Assembly (NCBI RefSeq): GCF_964355755.1
Contig: NC_092680.1
Span: 7,440,001-7,504,000 of the forward strand
Length of the DNA: 64,000 nt
Direction of reading: 5' to 3'
Origin: Antedon mediterranea
Taxonomy: Eukaryota; Animalia; Echinodermata
Below the pieces are notes generated by a model. The model saw only the letters and a list, made by a program, of their open reading frames with translations. It did not search any database and was not told the DNA's origin. Position numbers and translations under genes: made by a program. This document shows positions 43,501-51,023 of this stretch, piece after piece (the stretch's first letter is position 1; each line of letters starts with the position of its first letter).

Positions 43501-44972
43501 GCTCAGTCCGATAGCAATACTATATACTTTTATAGCAAATTTCTTACAATAGATGACTGACCAGGTTTAAACTAATTTGGAATCAAGATTTGGCAACAAT
43601 CCAATTTCCTAGACTACAGAGATATCCTGGCAGACTATAAATTGACTTCCGATAGTGAAATAAATACCACATAAATATTTTTCTTAATTGAGAGATGAGT
43701 CATAAACACATACAAATTGTAAAATCAACAACAACAACAATCATAAATGGATGTTATTATTATTGTTCTTATATTGCTTATACGTTCATAACTGGCATAT
43801 ATTCTTCTTGCACTAAGTCCTTCATCAGATTATATACGTTCTCCTTATTATTCTACTTTATAAAGTTAGATATACAGTACTGTACAGACAGTATAAAAAA
43901 AATAAACCCAACAAGAAATATTTCTTACACAAAACGACTATAAGTATTAGACTAACATTTTTAAACCTTGTTCTTTCTTCAGATATAATGATTTATTACA
44001 TCAATACAGAATAAAAATATAATCATATACGGAATAAAAATATAATCATATACAGAATAAAAATATAATCATATACAGAATAAAAATATAATCATATACT
44101 GTACTGTACAGAATAAAAATATAATCATAAACGAAACACTACAGTATATTATAAAAAATATTTTAAAAATTTTAAAAGAAGTTTATGACTGAATAATTGT
44201 ACACTGATGGTCACAAGCTATGGTGATGGAAATGATAGTGAAGAAGATGATCAAGAGACAATAGCACTGTCTTGAAGGGGTTTTCAGAGTTTTTTTTTAT
44301 TCCCTCAGAGGGAAAAAGACCTATATCGGTTTATCCAGGTAATAGAGGCATGAAATAGGCTAACCTTCCGATACTGTGGGGGTTTAATTTAAAAAATAAA
44401 AACTTACTTTTTAGCTTCTTCTAAATGGCAAAGATACTGGTAAGCAATGTTTTTATTTCTCTGTTCATCCATATCATCCGCAGACTGTCGCTCTGGTACG
44501 TACGGATCAGCAGTAGCTGTTATTTAATCACAATAAGACTTAAGTTAACATTTATTGTTCAAATTTAGGCATAAATGCATTATAAATAAGTCTGAATTAT
44601 TTTTTTTATCATCAAATAAAAAATCTAATCTTCGCAATAAGTTCAAACCGGACATGATGATTTTATGTTTGATATAAAACTTAAGCATCTACTTATTTAT
44701 GAATGCATACTGGTTTATGGATGCAATTTCTGAACTTTTTCTATCTCTGGCATTCCTTTACCTTGGCTGACATACAGAATGTAACCTAGGGTAGGCTAGC
44801 ATGACAGTGAAGCCGACTTACTAGGTATACAAACTAGGCTAGTCTAAACAAACAGTTTATTTTGATTTATTATTCAAATAAAAATGCTGGCACTTTACTT
44901 ACGATCATACACTGCCCCATTTTGTGGGTTATGTCCATCTGCCAAATCGGTATCACCGTTTGTTGTGGCCAT
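734..44972 (-). CDS. IQGAP1: IQGAP family scaffold, 5' portion (CH domain + IQGAP repeats), ~637 aa in window; gene continues past the left edge
   Basis: Hand-spliced GT-AG exons, phase-consistent: 44972-44903, 44516-44408, 41858-41702, 18166-18089, 17089-17013, 16351-16284, 11638-11547, 10081-10060, 9289-9111, (8363-8337), 6389-6302, 5877-5714, 4932-4863, 4426-4263, 3769-3733, 3264-3095, 2187-2106, 1552-1389, 827-734. Peptides AYQYLCHLEEAKKWIEAC, PPTTELEEGLRNGVYLAKLG, GLHFRHTDNI, IFYPETTDVYDRKNMPR and LTQAEIQGNINKVN match IQGAP1/2/3 as I recall them. Confidence 0.96.
903..1115 (+). mobile_element. tRNA-derived Deu-domain SINE
   Basis: Head with TGGCCGAGC A box and GGTTGGAGGC decayed B box, then TCTTCTCGGATAAAGACTATAAACC...GCACTTTAAAGAACC...GGGTTACCCCGGTGT; ~7 copies in window. 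Confidence 0.8.
1389..1552 (-). CDS. IQGAP1: IQGAP exon (ILAITAINEAIDEGDADMTLSALQ...EKKAA)
   Basis: 164 nt, AG/GTGAGT, IQGAP repeat. Confidence 0.93.
1668..1750. mobile_element. MITE family A, partial
   Basis: Core plus right TIR. Confidence 0.7.
2106..2187 (-). CDS. IQGAP1: IQGAP exon (DGINFLTQEEVQQCIEIVNQTVHEEQE)
   Basis: 82 nt, AG/GT, conserved pattern. Confidence 0.92.
3095..3264 (-). CDS. IQGAP1: IQGAP exon (LSAVVLINDALNTGSS...RQTKAE)
   Basis: 170 nt, IQGAP repeat. Confidence 0.9.
3467..3655 (-). mobile_element. Deu-SINE, 3' part
   Basis: Reverse-complement similarity to 903-1115 and similarity to 39355-39670. Confidence 0.75.
3733..3769 (-). CDS. IQGAP1: IQGAP 37-nt exon (DLNHQQLSVAVQ)
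   Basis: AG/GTTAGT; resembles LxHxELSVAV; required for frame. Confidence 0.88.
4263..4426 (-). CDS. IQGAP1: IQGAP exon (SKAVADINAAICAENSAETLKALKRPEANLPKV...TNEE)
   Basis: 164 nt, IQGAP repeat. Confidence 0.92.
4459..4720 (+). mobile_element. Deu-SINE copy
   Basis: GGGTTCGAAGCTCACTCGCT...GGATAAGGACTATAA...GCACTTTAAAGAACC. Confidence 0.8.
4863..4932 (-). CDS. IQGAP1: IQGAP exon (RLDKDEIQASINAANAKAKSQKD)
   Basis: 70 nt, AG/GTAAGT, phase-consistent. Confidence 0.9.
5714..5877 (-). CDS. IQGAP1: IQGAP exon (ALEVASLNEALEN...WYMKELQAARDAKGQ)
   Basis: 164 nt, IQGAP repeat, AG/GTGAGA. Confidence 0.9.
6302..6389 (-). CDS. IQGAP1: IQGAP exon (SLREGEVDSDVYDTLLTQAEIQGNINKVN)
   Basis: 88 nt, conserved LLTQAEIQGNINKVN. 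Confidence 0.95.
7138..7367. mobile_element. hAT-like MITE
   Basis: CAGAGCTCGCA...TGCGAGCCCTG inverted termini; TSD degenerate. Confidence 0.45.
7473..7506. repeat. (TA)n microsatellite
   Basis: Seen directly. Confidence 0.95.
7772..7845 (-). tRNA. tRNA-like gene or tRNA-derived repeat with ATC anticodon
   Basis: GCCCCAG-TG-GTCTAATGGTTTAGGAT-A-TCTGC-ATATCAA-GCAGA-AGGTT-CCGGG-TTCGAGT-CTCGG-TTGGGGC-A folds into a full cloverleaf; A and B boxes present; T5 run just downstream. Confidence 0.6.
8337..8363 (-). CDS. IQGAP1: candidate 27-nt in-frame IQGAP microexon (DPKKLAEEQ)
   Basis: TTTTTCAAAG acceptor, GTAAGT donor, phase 0-0 between two phase-0 exon ends. Confidence 0.55.
9111..9289 (-). CDS. 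IQGAP1: IQGAP exon (HAAVIAINEAVERENADETLGALQNANALLVNV...ALNK)
   Basis: 179 nt, first IQGAP repeat. Confidence 0.93.
10060..10081 (-). CDS. IQGAP1: IQGAP 22-nt microexon (MSVDEAA)
   Basis: TTTTTCAG/GTAAGT; supplies the conserved SVDEAAL and is required for frame. Confidence 0.9.
10386..10900. repeat. degenerate (GAT/AAT/GCT)n trinucleotide repeat
   Basis: Seen directly; intronic. Confidence 0.9.
11304..11459. mobile_element. ~160-bp palindromic MITE (family A)
   Basis: TIR AAAGCTCTGTCTACACTATCAAACT...AGTTTGATAGTGTAGACAGAGCTTT; inner inverted repeat GTGATGTGCC/GGCACATCAC. Confidence 0.85.
11547..11638 (-). CDS. IQGAP1: IQGAP exon (EEISIMQMELEKYGIQMPAFGKIGGILAEN)
   Basis: 92 nt, conserved motif, AG/GTAAGC. 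Confidence 0.95.
11757..12071. mobile_element. TTAA-type MITE (family B, Kolobok-like)
   Basis: TTAA|AGATGTATTGTCCCCC...GGGGGACAATACAT; relatives near 18730-18930, 31391-33675 and 47140-47365. Confidence 0.72.
12172..12225 (+). mobile_element. L2/CR1-clade LINE 3' ORF2 fragment
   Basis: Translates KSSSIDLFKKRLKTYL, the typical FKxxLKTxLF end; L2-like tails (AAGCGC...GGCGCTATATA) also near 337-385, 8790-8835 (minus) and 37645-37692. Confidence 0.5.
13859..14704 (+). mobile_element. non-autonomous PIF/Harbinger-like DNA transposon
   Basis: TIR GGGCCTGTTTCTAT/ATAGAAACAGGCCC, 3-bp TSD TTG, subterminal AACCGT/AACCGGTT repeats, frameshifted Myb/SANT remnant (KDHNNVSGN / FPFYDEMDAI / LGDRA). Confidence 0.82.
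15363..16190. mobile_element. Tc1/mariner-type MITE containing a 65-bp tandem array
   Basis: TA|CAGTAGAA...TTCTAATG|TA; short relatives near 24460-24530, 25720-25965 and 48432-48553. Confidence 0.65.
15403..16137. repeat. 65-bp tandem array, ~11 copies
   Basis: CCTCTATTTTGGGGACACTTTCCTATAAATTAATGACAGGCA... with period 65. Confidence 0.95.
16284..16351 (-). CDS. IQGAP1: IQGAP exon (LYLFKLGKAPQIQNLYGKVDFT)
   Basis: 68 nt, conserved motif, AG/GT. Confidence 0.95.
17013..17089 (-). CDS. IQGAP1: IQGAP exon (IFYPETTDVYDRKNMPRVVYCVHAL)
   Basis: 77 nt, conserved motif, AG/GT. Confidence 0.95.
17372..17741. repeat. 18-bp minisatellite, ~20 copies
   Basis: Unit GAATATAATCCCATGTTG. Confidence 0.95.
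18089..18166 (-). CDS. IQGAP1: IQGAP exon (SKGLHFRHTDNINYWLRSMEDVGLPQ)
   Basis: 78 nt, phase 0-0, conserved motif. Confidence 0.95.
19433..19792. repeat. ~177-bp tandem duplication
   Basis: TCGGCTAAAAATCAACTGCTTTAAAC at 19433 and 19610. Confidence 0.88.
20716..20826. mobile_element. MITE family A, partial
   Basis: Core plus TIR GTTTGATAGTGTAGGCAGAGCTT. Confidence 0.75.
21085..21335. mobile_element. MITE family A, tandem dimer
   Basis: Two head-to-tail copies of the core. Confidence 0.75.
23285..23445. mobile_element. MITE family A, full length
   Basis: Both TIRs and core. Confidence 0.85.
25266..25390. mobile_element. MITE family A
   Basis: Both TIRs, decayed. Confidence 0.75.
26896..28518 (+). 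mobile_element. related PIF/Harbinger-like element with a nested insertion
   Basis: TIR GGGCCTGTTTCTGCTGCAT/ATGCAGCAGAAACAGACCC, TSD TTT, TAACCGGTTA repeats, remnant WMNEITRYVIQLWGE ... ILGDRA. Confidence 0.82.
27431..28047. mobile_element. long-TIR (foldback) element nested in the Harbinger
   Basis: ~200-bp imperfect inverted repeats GGTCCTATATAAACACCAAA... / ...TTTGGTGTTTTGTAGGACC. Confidence 0.8.
29228..31040. repeat. 22-bp minisatellite, ~82 copies
   Basis: Unit GGGGTGTTACTGTACCATGTGA with recurrent variants. Confidence 0.97.
31391..33675. mobile_element. family B MITE interrupted by a 2-kb element
   Basis: Two halves homologous (inverted) to 11757-12071 flank the insertion. Confidence 0.68.
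31531..33546. mobile_element. 2.0-kb non-autonomous TIR DNA transposon
   Basis: 14-bp TIR TAGGTATCCCAATG/CATTGGGATACCTA flanked by direct repeat CTGACAG; no transposase ORF. Confidence 0.8.
34627..35637. mobile_element. Kolobok-like non-autonomous DNA transposon
   Basis: TTAA on both sides; TIR AGGAAAGGAACA/TGTTCCTTTCCT; mirrored subterminal CGCCATCTT...TGACGTCA and TGACGTCA...AAAATGGCG. Confidence 0.78.
36100..36160 (+). pseudogene. degenerate tRNA-derived fragment (SINE head)
   Basis: TGGTGGTCTAGAGGTATGAT resembles a tRNA-Pro 5' half; B box decayed. Confidence 0.35.
37989..39136 (+). mobile_element. non-autonomous Helitron
   Basis: 5' A|TCTATATATA; 3' GC-rich hairpin GCGAGCGAAGCGAGCTCACCCG followed by CTAG|T; no TSD; interior richer in CpG than the flanks. 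Confidence 0.7.
39355..39670 (-). mobile_element. Deu-SINE, near full length
   Basis: Head, Deu domain and 3' tail all present. Confidence 0.82.
41702..41858 (-). CDS. IQGAP1: IQGAP exon, CH domain (WIEACIDEEMPPTTELEEGLRNGVYLAKLG...DREQTKYT)
   Basis: 157 nt, AG/GTAAGT, near-identical to the IQGAP CH domain. Confidence 0.97.
44005..44129. repeat. 23-bp tandem repeat, ~5 copies
   Basis: Unit CAGAATAAAAATATAATCATATA. Confidence 0.9.
44408..44516 (-). CDS. IQGAP1: IQGAP exon (PERQSADDMDEQRNKNIAYQYLCHLEEAK)
   Basis: AG/GT boundaries, conserved IQGAP N-terminal motif. Confidence 0.95.
44903..44972 (-). CDS. IQGAP1: IQGAP first coding exon (MATTNGDTDLADGHNPQNGAVYD)
   Basis: ATG at 44972, acceptor TTTCAG just upstream (44981), donor GTAAGT, phase 1 fits the next exon. 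Confidence 0.8.
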
Positions 44973-45309
44973 TTCAGCAACTGAAATGCAAGACAAAATA
45001 ACACAAGCTCGTTTATTGTATACAATTAATTCCTAGGCCACAGTTGCTCTATATATTATAATTAACACAACACACACGTCCATATACGCACGATGGCAAC
45101 TTGTTGCTCGTCTAACTTTAGAGTAAATTAATCGGGTATGACGTTCTAACTCGCCACTCACTCAGTAAAATCAAGGGCGTCCACCCACACCATGCACACT
45201 CACATCAATTACCACACCATCACCAGCAGCTAGAGGTTTATATTCACTATGCATTTAAACTAAAACACCATACGTAAATCTCAATTAAACAAAGCATTTA
45301 TATACTTAC

Positions 45310-45560
45310 TTGTTACTTTACTCAGATTTCGTGCAATTTAGCTGCAGTAAGTCAATTCTGTACTACTACTTATTCCAAAGTGAAACTGTTTAGTAACTCA
45401 CTATCGCAGCTAATTTTGCAGTTTCGTGGCGCGCTGTTTCAACCGATGAATAAAATAAACATCAAAATTGTAAATTCTAGATGGCGCTCGCTTCTCAATC
45501 ATCGAAGTCTCGTCTTGATGATATCTTCCTTGTTGCGTTTGCGAGCCAGCAAGCCATGCA
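45310..45560 (-). other. probable non-coding first exon / promoter of IQGAP
   Basis: GTAAGT donor at 45309-45304 pairs with the acceptor before the ATG exon; locally CpG-rich; 5' end approximate. Confidence 0.5.
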
Positions 45561-46520
45561 ATGCCTTGCAATTTATGCGGCAATGACGAATTCAACAGAA
45601 CAAAATTATAAAATACACACAGCGCGAGCCACACACAAAGCCTAATTACTAATTTTAATATTTGTACAATTCATGAAACAATTACAATAATCAGCTATGA
45701 TAAATTATGGAGAGGGGTTCGAAAATTGTAAATACGGAAATTTTAACTAACTAAAGCTGATAGGTCCTCATAAATAATTGTACTTAAATATTCTACATTC
45801 ATTGATAAATAATGCAAGTACTGTAATAACAATATTATTTATTATAGAATCAATGTTATAAATATAATAAATAAAACAATTTACCACTGAATACGAGGAT
45901 CTAACCTTTTATACCTACTACGTTTTGTGTTAATTTTTTAATTTCGCAGCGCAATTTTAAATTAAGCAAGAATATCTTTGTGCAAATTGAAATTGTTCAA
46001 ATCTTTTCAAATTATTATGAGTATGAAATGTAAGTTACAAATGAAATCCCCTATGATAAAATGGAATGATCTCAAGCGCATTCTTATGGCCGCGGCGCAA
46101 GGCTACGCACGCACTTTAAATTAAATCCATCGTAAAAATAAAAGTTAACATTAAACAGTTATAATAATGTTGTATTATGTTCAAATCAAGTTTTAATATT
46201 ATATAATAATAGTACGTTGACTTTAAACGTTACACCATACTAAACATTCATAATACTGTATTTGGCCATTTTTAAAAAAAACCTCTGTACTTAATTCATT
46301 ATAATAAAAGTACAGTTCAGAGTTAATATGCCTCAGCCTAACAGTTAATGTTTCCGGTATTCTATATGGAATAACGTTGTAATAAAAATACTACAATACC
46401 GAATTTAGCTAAAATGATTTACATCAAAAATATGTATATCTTTAAAAAGTTTAATGTTTACTAACCATTAATACGTAACAACATACAAAATAATTTTCAC
46501 CATCCATTCACGGAGAGTGG
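45560..46520. promoter_or_regulatory. probable bidirectional promoter IQGAP/KXD1
   Basis: Head-to-head genes; CpG-containing patches near 45400-45630, 46070-46115 and 46510-46530; TSS positions inferred. Confidence 0.45.
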
Positions 46521-47455
46521 TGGCGCTATACAGATTAGTTGTATATTTTTAGCCTTGTAAAAAGTCTATATAATACTGTGTACTAGCCTAACTAGGCTAG
46601 ATAGGCTAGTTTCTGATTATATCTAAAAGTATGTTTCTTCTAGTTAAATTGTTTTGATATTTCTTATGTTATTTGAATGATACTAGACTAGGATGGAATA
46701 ATACAGCAATGTTTCCCCTGTGTGTTCCTTGTAATATAATTAAAGGCACGCTACTAGCCATAGGCTAGGCCTACTTTAGTACTGTGTCTTCTTAATAATG
46801 TCATTACTACTAGGCCTAGTACTACAATACAAGGCTACTAGGCTAGCTCTCTCTCTCTGCCCGGCCTACTACAGACAGTACTAGACCCTAGCTAGGCCTA
46901 GCTCTGTAATTCCCACCATAGGCTTATAGATTGATGGGTGCTGCCTTACCTAAGAGTGAGCAGATTTTCCTACTACTACTGAATCATAATCCGTCTCTAC
47001 TAGTACTAGGCCTAGGCCTATATTATATTTAAAATAATTTTATATTTTGACGACTATGAACGAAAGTGTTTTTATTATTTTTTTGGGCATATTATTATTA
47101 TTTATTAATTTAATTAAAGATGAAGGGGGCCTAAGCCTACTATTGTCACCCCCCTCCCCCCAAAAAAATGAACATTAATTAAATTAGACTTGGAATAGGT
47201 TATTTTGTAGTTTTAATAAAGTTAATTAATCACTTCTGTAAAAAAAAAAATGAAAAACTAATGTTTTCTCATAAAAATTTCAACCAGAAACCTATTGGCT
47301 GGCAGACAATGTGACAATAAAATTGCATATTCAACATCAAAAATATAAACAATACATCTTTTTTAAGGTATATGTTCTAATCTATATGTCTTTAAAAGTT
47401 TCATTTATCTAGGTCTATTAATACAGTAGATAGAATGTATATGATAAGCTAAAAG

Positions 47456-47553
47456 ATGTCGAAGAGTGGTGGTTCAGATGTGTTCATTGAGAGCCTGAAC
47501 GCACTGGTCAACGAGGATGACATGAACGCAGTCTTACTTGCTCAGAAACAGAT
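47456..47553 (+). CDS. KXD1: KXD1 coding exon 1
   Basis: ATG to GTATGT donor; [16 protein letters not shown]. Confidence 0.92.
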
Positions 47554-49098
47554 GTATGTTCATTTTCTGTTTTTATACAATTATGAAGGGTTTACAACAT
47601 AACATTGCAATATCAAATCAATTTTTTATCTTAACATAATTAAGAGGTTTCAATGCAGCAATTAATTTACTGCAGTATTTACTTATTTTACTGGTGTTCA
47701 AGTTAAATATTTTTTGTATTTGTTGTATTTCAGAATTTTAACTGTTTAAAGTTTAAAGTTATAGATTTAAATAGCATAACAAATATGCATGCCTTATTAT
47801 TATTTTTTTTTAAAGCAAAATAAACCTAAAATTTAAGTTCTACTGTATACTGATTAGGTAACTGTATTTATTATACTCTATTATTAAATGATATTTATAG
47901 AGTATATTAATATAGGTACTTAATTAGATTACATATTAATTAATGTTTCAGGTTGGAACGATTTGAGAAAACCAATGAAATGCTTTCAAAATTCAATCAA
48001 CTCTCAGTAAACCAATATGAAACATTGGCAACACAGTTCAAAGGTCACACTGCACTTCTACTGGATATGCGTAAAGATATTGATGGGATTTTTAGACGAA
48101 TTAGGTATGAATTTAGAAGATAATGTTGTAACATTTATTTTTAACTGGAAAAATTGACGGAATAAGAATCAAATGGATCTGGAGAACTAGAGAATATAAT
48201 AAGTCAACTTTTATAAAGGACATGACATTAATCTCTGTCTACACTATCAAATTAGTTTGAGAAAGTGTGATGTGCCCAAATATGGTAGTGATACGACATC
48301 ATCATGTCTATATATGGGAACATCACATTTTTTTGTCACTTAACGTTTGATAGTGTAGACAAAGTTTTAGAAGAGAGAATTGTTGTAAATGTGGGAAGGG
48401 GATTATTGCAAAAACAAGTATAACAGAATAAAGTGGAACCCCTATTCATGGGTACCCAGCAAAGTGTCCCCTTAATATGGATTGACCACAGTGTTAAAAT
48501 ATATACTGTACTTGTTTTATGGGAAAGTGTCCCCTGAGTAGGCAGGTCCACTGATTATGAGAAAAATATTTAGTATATTATATGCAATCAGAACTTACTT
48601 AAAATATTCACATATTATTTATTCTTTTCTAGGATCCTTAAAACAAAACTCTCTACAGAATATCCAGATGCTTTCAATGGTTTGTAATACATTTCTTTGT
48701 TTTTATAAAGCTCTGTCTACACTATCAAACTTTATGGGCCAAAAAAATTGGATGTGCCCATATATGTGCATGATGGTGGCAGCATTATATCACTACCATA
48801 TTTAGGCATATCAATTTTTTTGCCAAAATAGTTTAATTGTGTAGAGAGAGCGTTGTGTTCAACTATTCTACACTGCAAAACTGTATCTAATAAAAACAGT
48901 ACTTTATAGCTTAGTATATTGTGTATTTTAATTTCAGTTGCACTAGAAAACACTGAGCCAGAGGCTAAGAGGATACAACAAATGTCAACATCACCACGTC
49001 AGGATTCTCCACGAATGATTCTAGACAGCAATGAACCAAATGATGAGGACGATATGAATCCATCCAGTGTGTTACACTCTGTACCATCTATAAACTGA
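47456..49098 (+). CDS. KXD1: KxDL motif-containing protein 1 (BORC subunit), 152 aa
   Basis: join 47456-47553, 47952-48104, 48633-48679, 48938-49098; [51 protein letters not shown]...DMRKDIDGIFRRIRILKTKLSTEYPDAF matches KXD1. Confidence 0.95.
47952..48104 (+). CDS. KXD1: KXD1 coding exon 2
   Basis: [11 protein letters not shown]...RKDIDGIFRRI; AG/GT. Confidence 0.95.
48232..48367. mobile_element. MITE family A in a KXD1 intron
   Basis: Both TIRs and core. Confidence 0.82.
48633..48679 (+). CDS. KXD1: KXD1 coding exon 3
   Basis: ILKTKLSTEYPDAFN; AG/GT. Confidence 0.92.
48707..48851. mobile_element. MITE family A in a KXD1 intron
   Basis: Both TIRs and core. Confidence 0.8.
48938..49098 (+). 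CDS. KXD1: KXD1 last coding exon
   Basis: TTTCAG acceptor, phase fits, open to TGA. Confidence 0.8.
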
Positions 49099-49432
49099 AC
49101 ATTAACAGCTTTTCAGAATATCTAGGATATGTTTTATATATATACTTAAAATATTGTCTTTGCCAGTTCCCACTAGAAAATGCCCTTCCAATAATTGTGT
49201 TTGCCCCTGTCTGTGTGAAATCAAACCTGCTTGTTGCGCTTCAACGTTAGAGTTGCCGTAGACTTTGACCTGGTTCACCCCTCATACTTTTGAATACGCA
49301 CTGTACTATGTTTTCCAGTGTTCTTTTGCCTTTCGTTTTTGCGTGAAATCAAACTGATTTAATTTCCCGTAGCAATGTTTGTAGCACTGTTGCGTTCTCA
49401 GTTCCCACTTGCATTGCTGCATTTTGTTGTAA

Positions 49433-49591
49433 GCTTGGTTCCCACTAGAACGTAACGCAACGCAAGCGTTTTAACCAATAACAAGCGAAGTTATAGACAG
49501 TTAGCAATCACAAGCGAATAAGCCATCGCTTGTGATTGGTCAATTCACTTGCGTTGCGTCCTTGCGTTACGTCGCTAGTGGGAACCACACC
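49433..49591. mobile_element. Harbinger/Tourist-like MITE downstream of the KXD1 stop
   Basis: TIR TGGTTCCCACTAG..CGTAACGCAA / TTGCGTTACG..CTAGTGGGAACCA, TAA/TTA flanks; lies within an older related element (~49163-49605). Confidence 0.72.
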
Positions 49592-50467
49592 TTAGTGGGA
49601 ACGTGGAAGATGTTACAAAAGTCTTGGTAAAACTACTGGTAAAGTTATGTGCAATATTGCTGACTGTATTATTAGCTAAGATGTGTCGATCAACCAATAG
49701 TTGTGAAAGCAAGAATTATAACAACCTGCGAGTAATTGCTGTTTGCGTGGAACACTTTCAGAATTAAACAATATTAATAACAAGATATACACAAAAATGT
49801 GATATAGCTATAATTTTTTATTTAAAATGATAAAAAGTATATAAAAAAAGTAAATGATAAACTAAACTGCTGCAGTTTATATTTGTTAAAAAGATTCAAT
49901 TTAGCATTTGAATGATGTAATAGCTTAGTGGGTTGAAGACATGAAAACAACAATGACCAGAAGGTTACAATTATGTATTAAAATCAATGATGTTGCAAAA
50001 GGCATTGTTAATAAAATGAGTAGTGAAGGTCATTTGTATACAGAATAGTACTGTAGTAATACAAACCTTGTCACATAGGTTCAATAGGCTACATATAATC
50101 TTGTGTACCTTTTTACAAATGACAACAATTCTATATTTTGTGTAAGTTATTGAGATCGTATGTAAGCATTCATTCATTTGTTTATTAAAGATATTAAACA
50201 GTAAGATAACCTCATCCTATCCACTTTTCTATTATTTTTCTAATATTGTATGAGAAAGAAAAGAGTAACGATGCCGGAAAAAAAAACAACAAACGTTAAA
50301 GACAAAAAAATTGGTGGGAGTGAAAAGATGTTATTTTTAATACAGTTATAAGTATTTATTATTTCTAAAAGAATCTTTAAATGGAATGTGAAACTGAGTA
50401 CTGTACTGTATACACACATGATGTAATAATATTTTTATAAAAATATGGTACAAATTTCTGTAAAAAT

Positions 50468-50660
50468 ATGAACTGGGTTCTTTAAAGTGGACACATGTTT
50501 TCTGTGTATATGGTTTAATATATAGACCTTATTCGACAAGACTTGTTCCTCCATTAGAACTAGGAGTGAGTCGGCCTCCAACCCACAATGCCGATATTGT
50601 TGGCTCTTTAGGTACGGTATCGGCGCCCCTGCCTTAACCGTTCGACCATTTGACTCGCTT
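50468..50660 (-). mobile_element. Deu-SINE, second head subfamily
   Basis: Same central domain with a different tRNA-like head. Confidence 0.7.
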
Positions 50661-50873
50661 ATTATTTATTAGATTTAAAACCATGTTGTTACAGTATGCC
50701 TGTATTTGAATACATTTTTAGGCCAGAATATGCTAAGTTTTCTGCTACTGAATTTAAACTGTCGTGTACATTGATTATTTGAAGTTTACACATTTTTGTT
50801 TATATGTTAGATTAGTGTGTGATATTCAGTTTTGTTAAATTAAAATTGACAACAATTTTCTGCTTCACTGAAA

Positions 50874-51023
50874 TCAGCTATGTAGAGTGCTTAGTGTGTT
50901 CCATTGGTCTTTTATACCAGTCGGTGGACGTTGATATCGTGCTGTTTTTCGGCGAACATGCTCAGATGTTAATGTTGGAAGACGTTCAAATGAGATACGG
51001 GTTTTATCAGCAGATGAGGGCAA
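50874..51023 (-). CDS. FAM184-like probable last exon (LPSSADKTRISFERLPTL...LHS*)
   Basis: TTTATAG acceptor, phase 0, 50 codons including the stop. Confidence 0.6.
   Translation of the reverse strand: MPSSADKTRISFERLPTLTSEHVRRKTARYQRPPTGIKDQWNTLSTLHS

Noticed and set aside
43810-43832. Minus-strand CTGATGA hammerhead core
   Set aside because: No stem II or GAAA follows.
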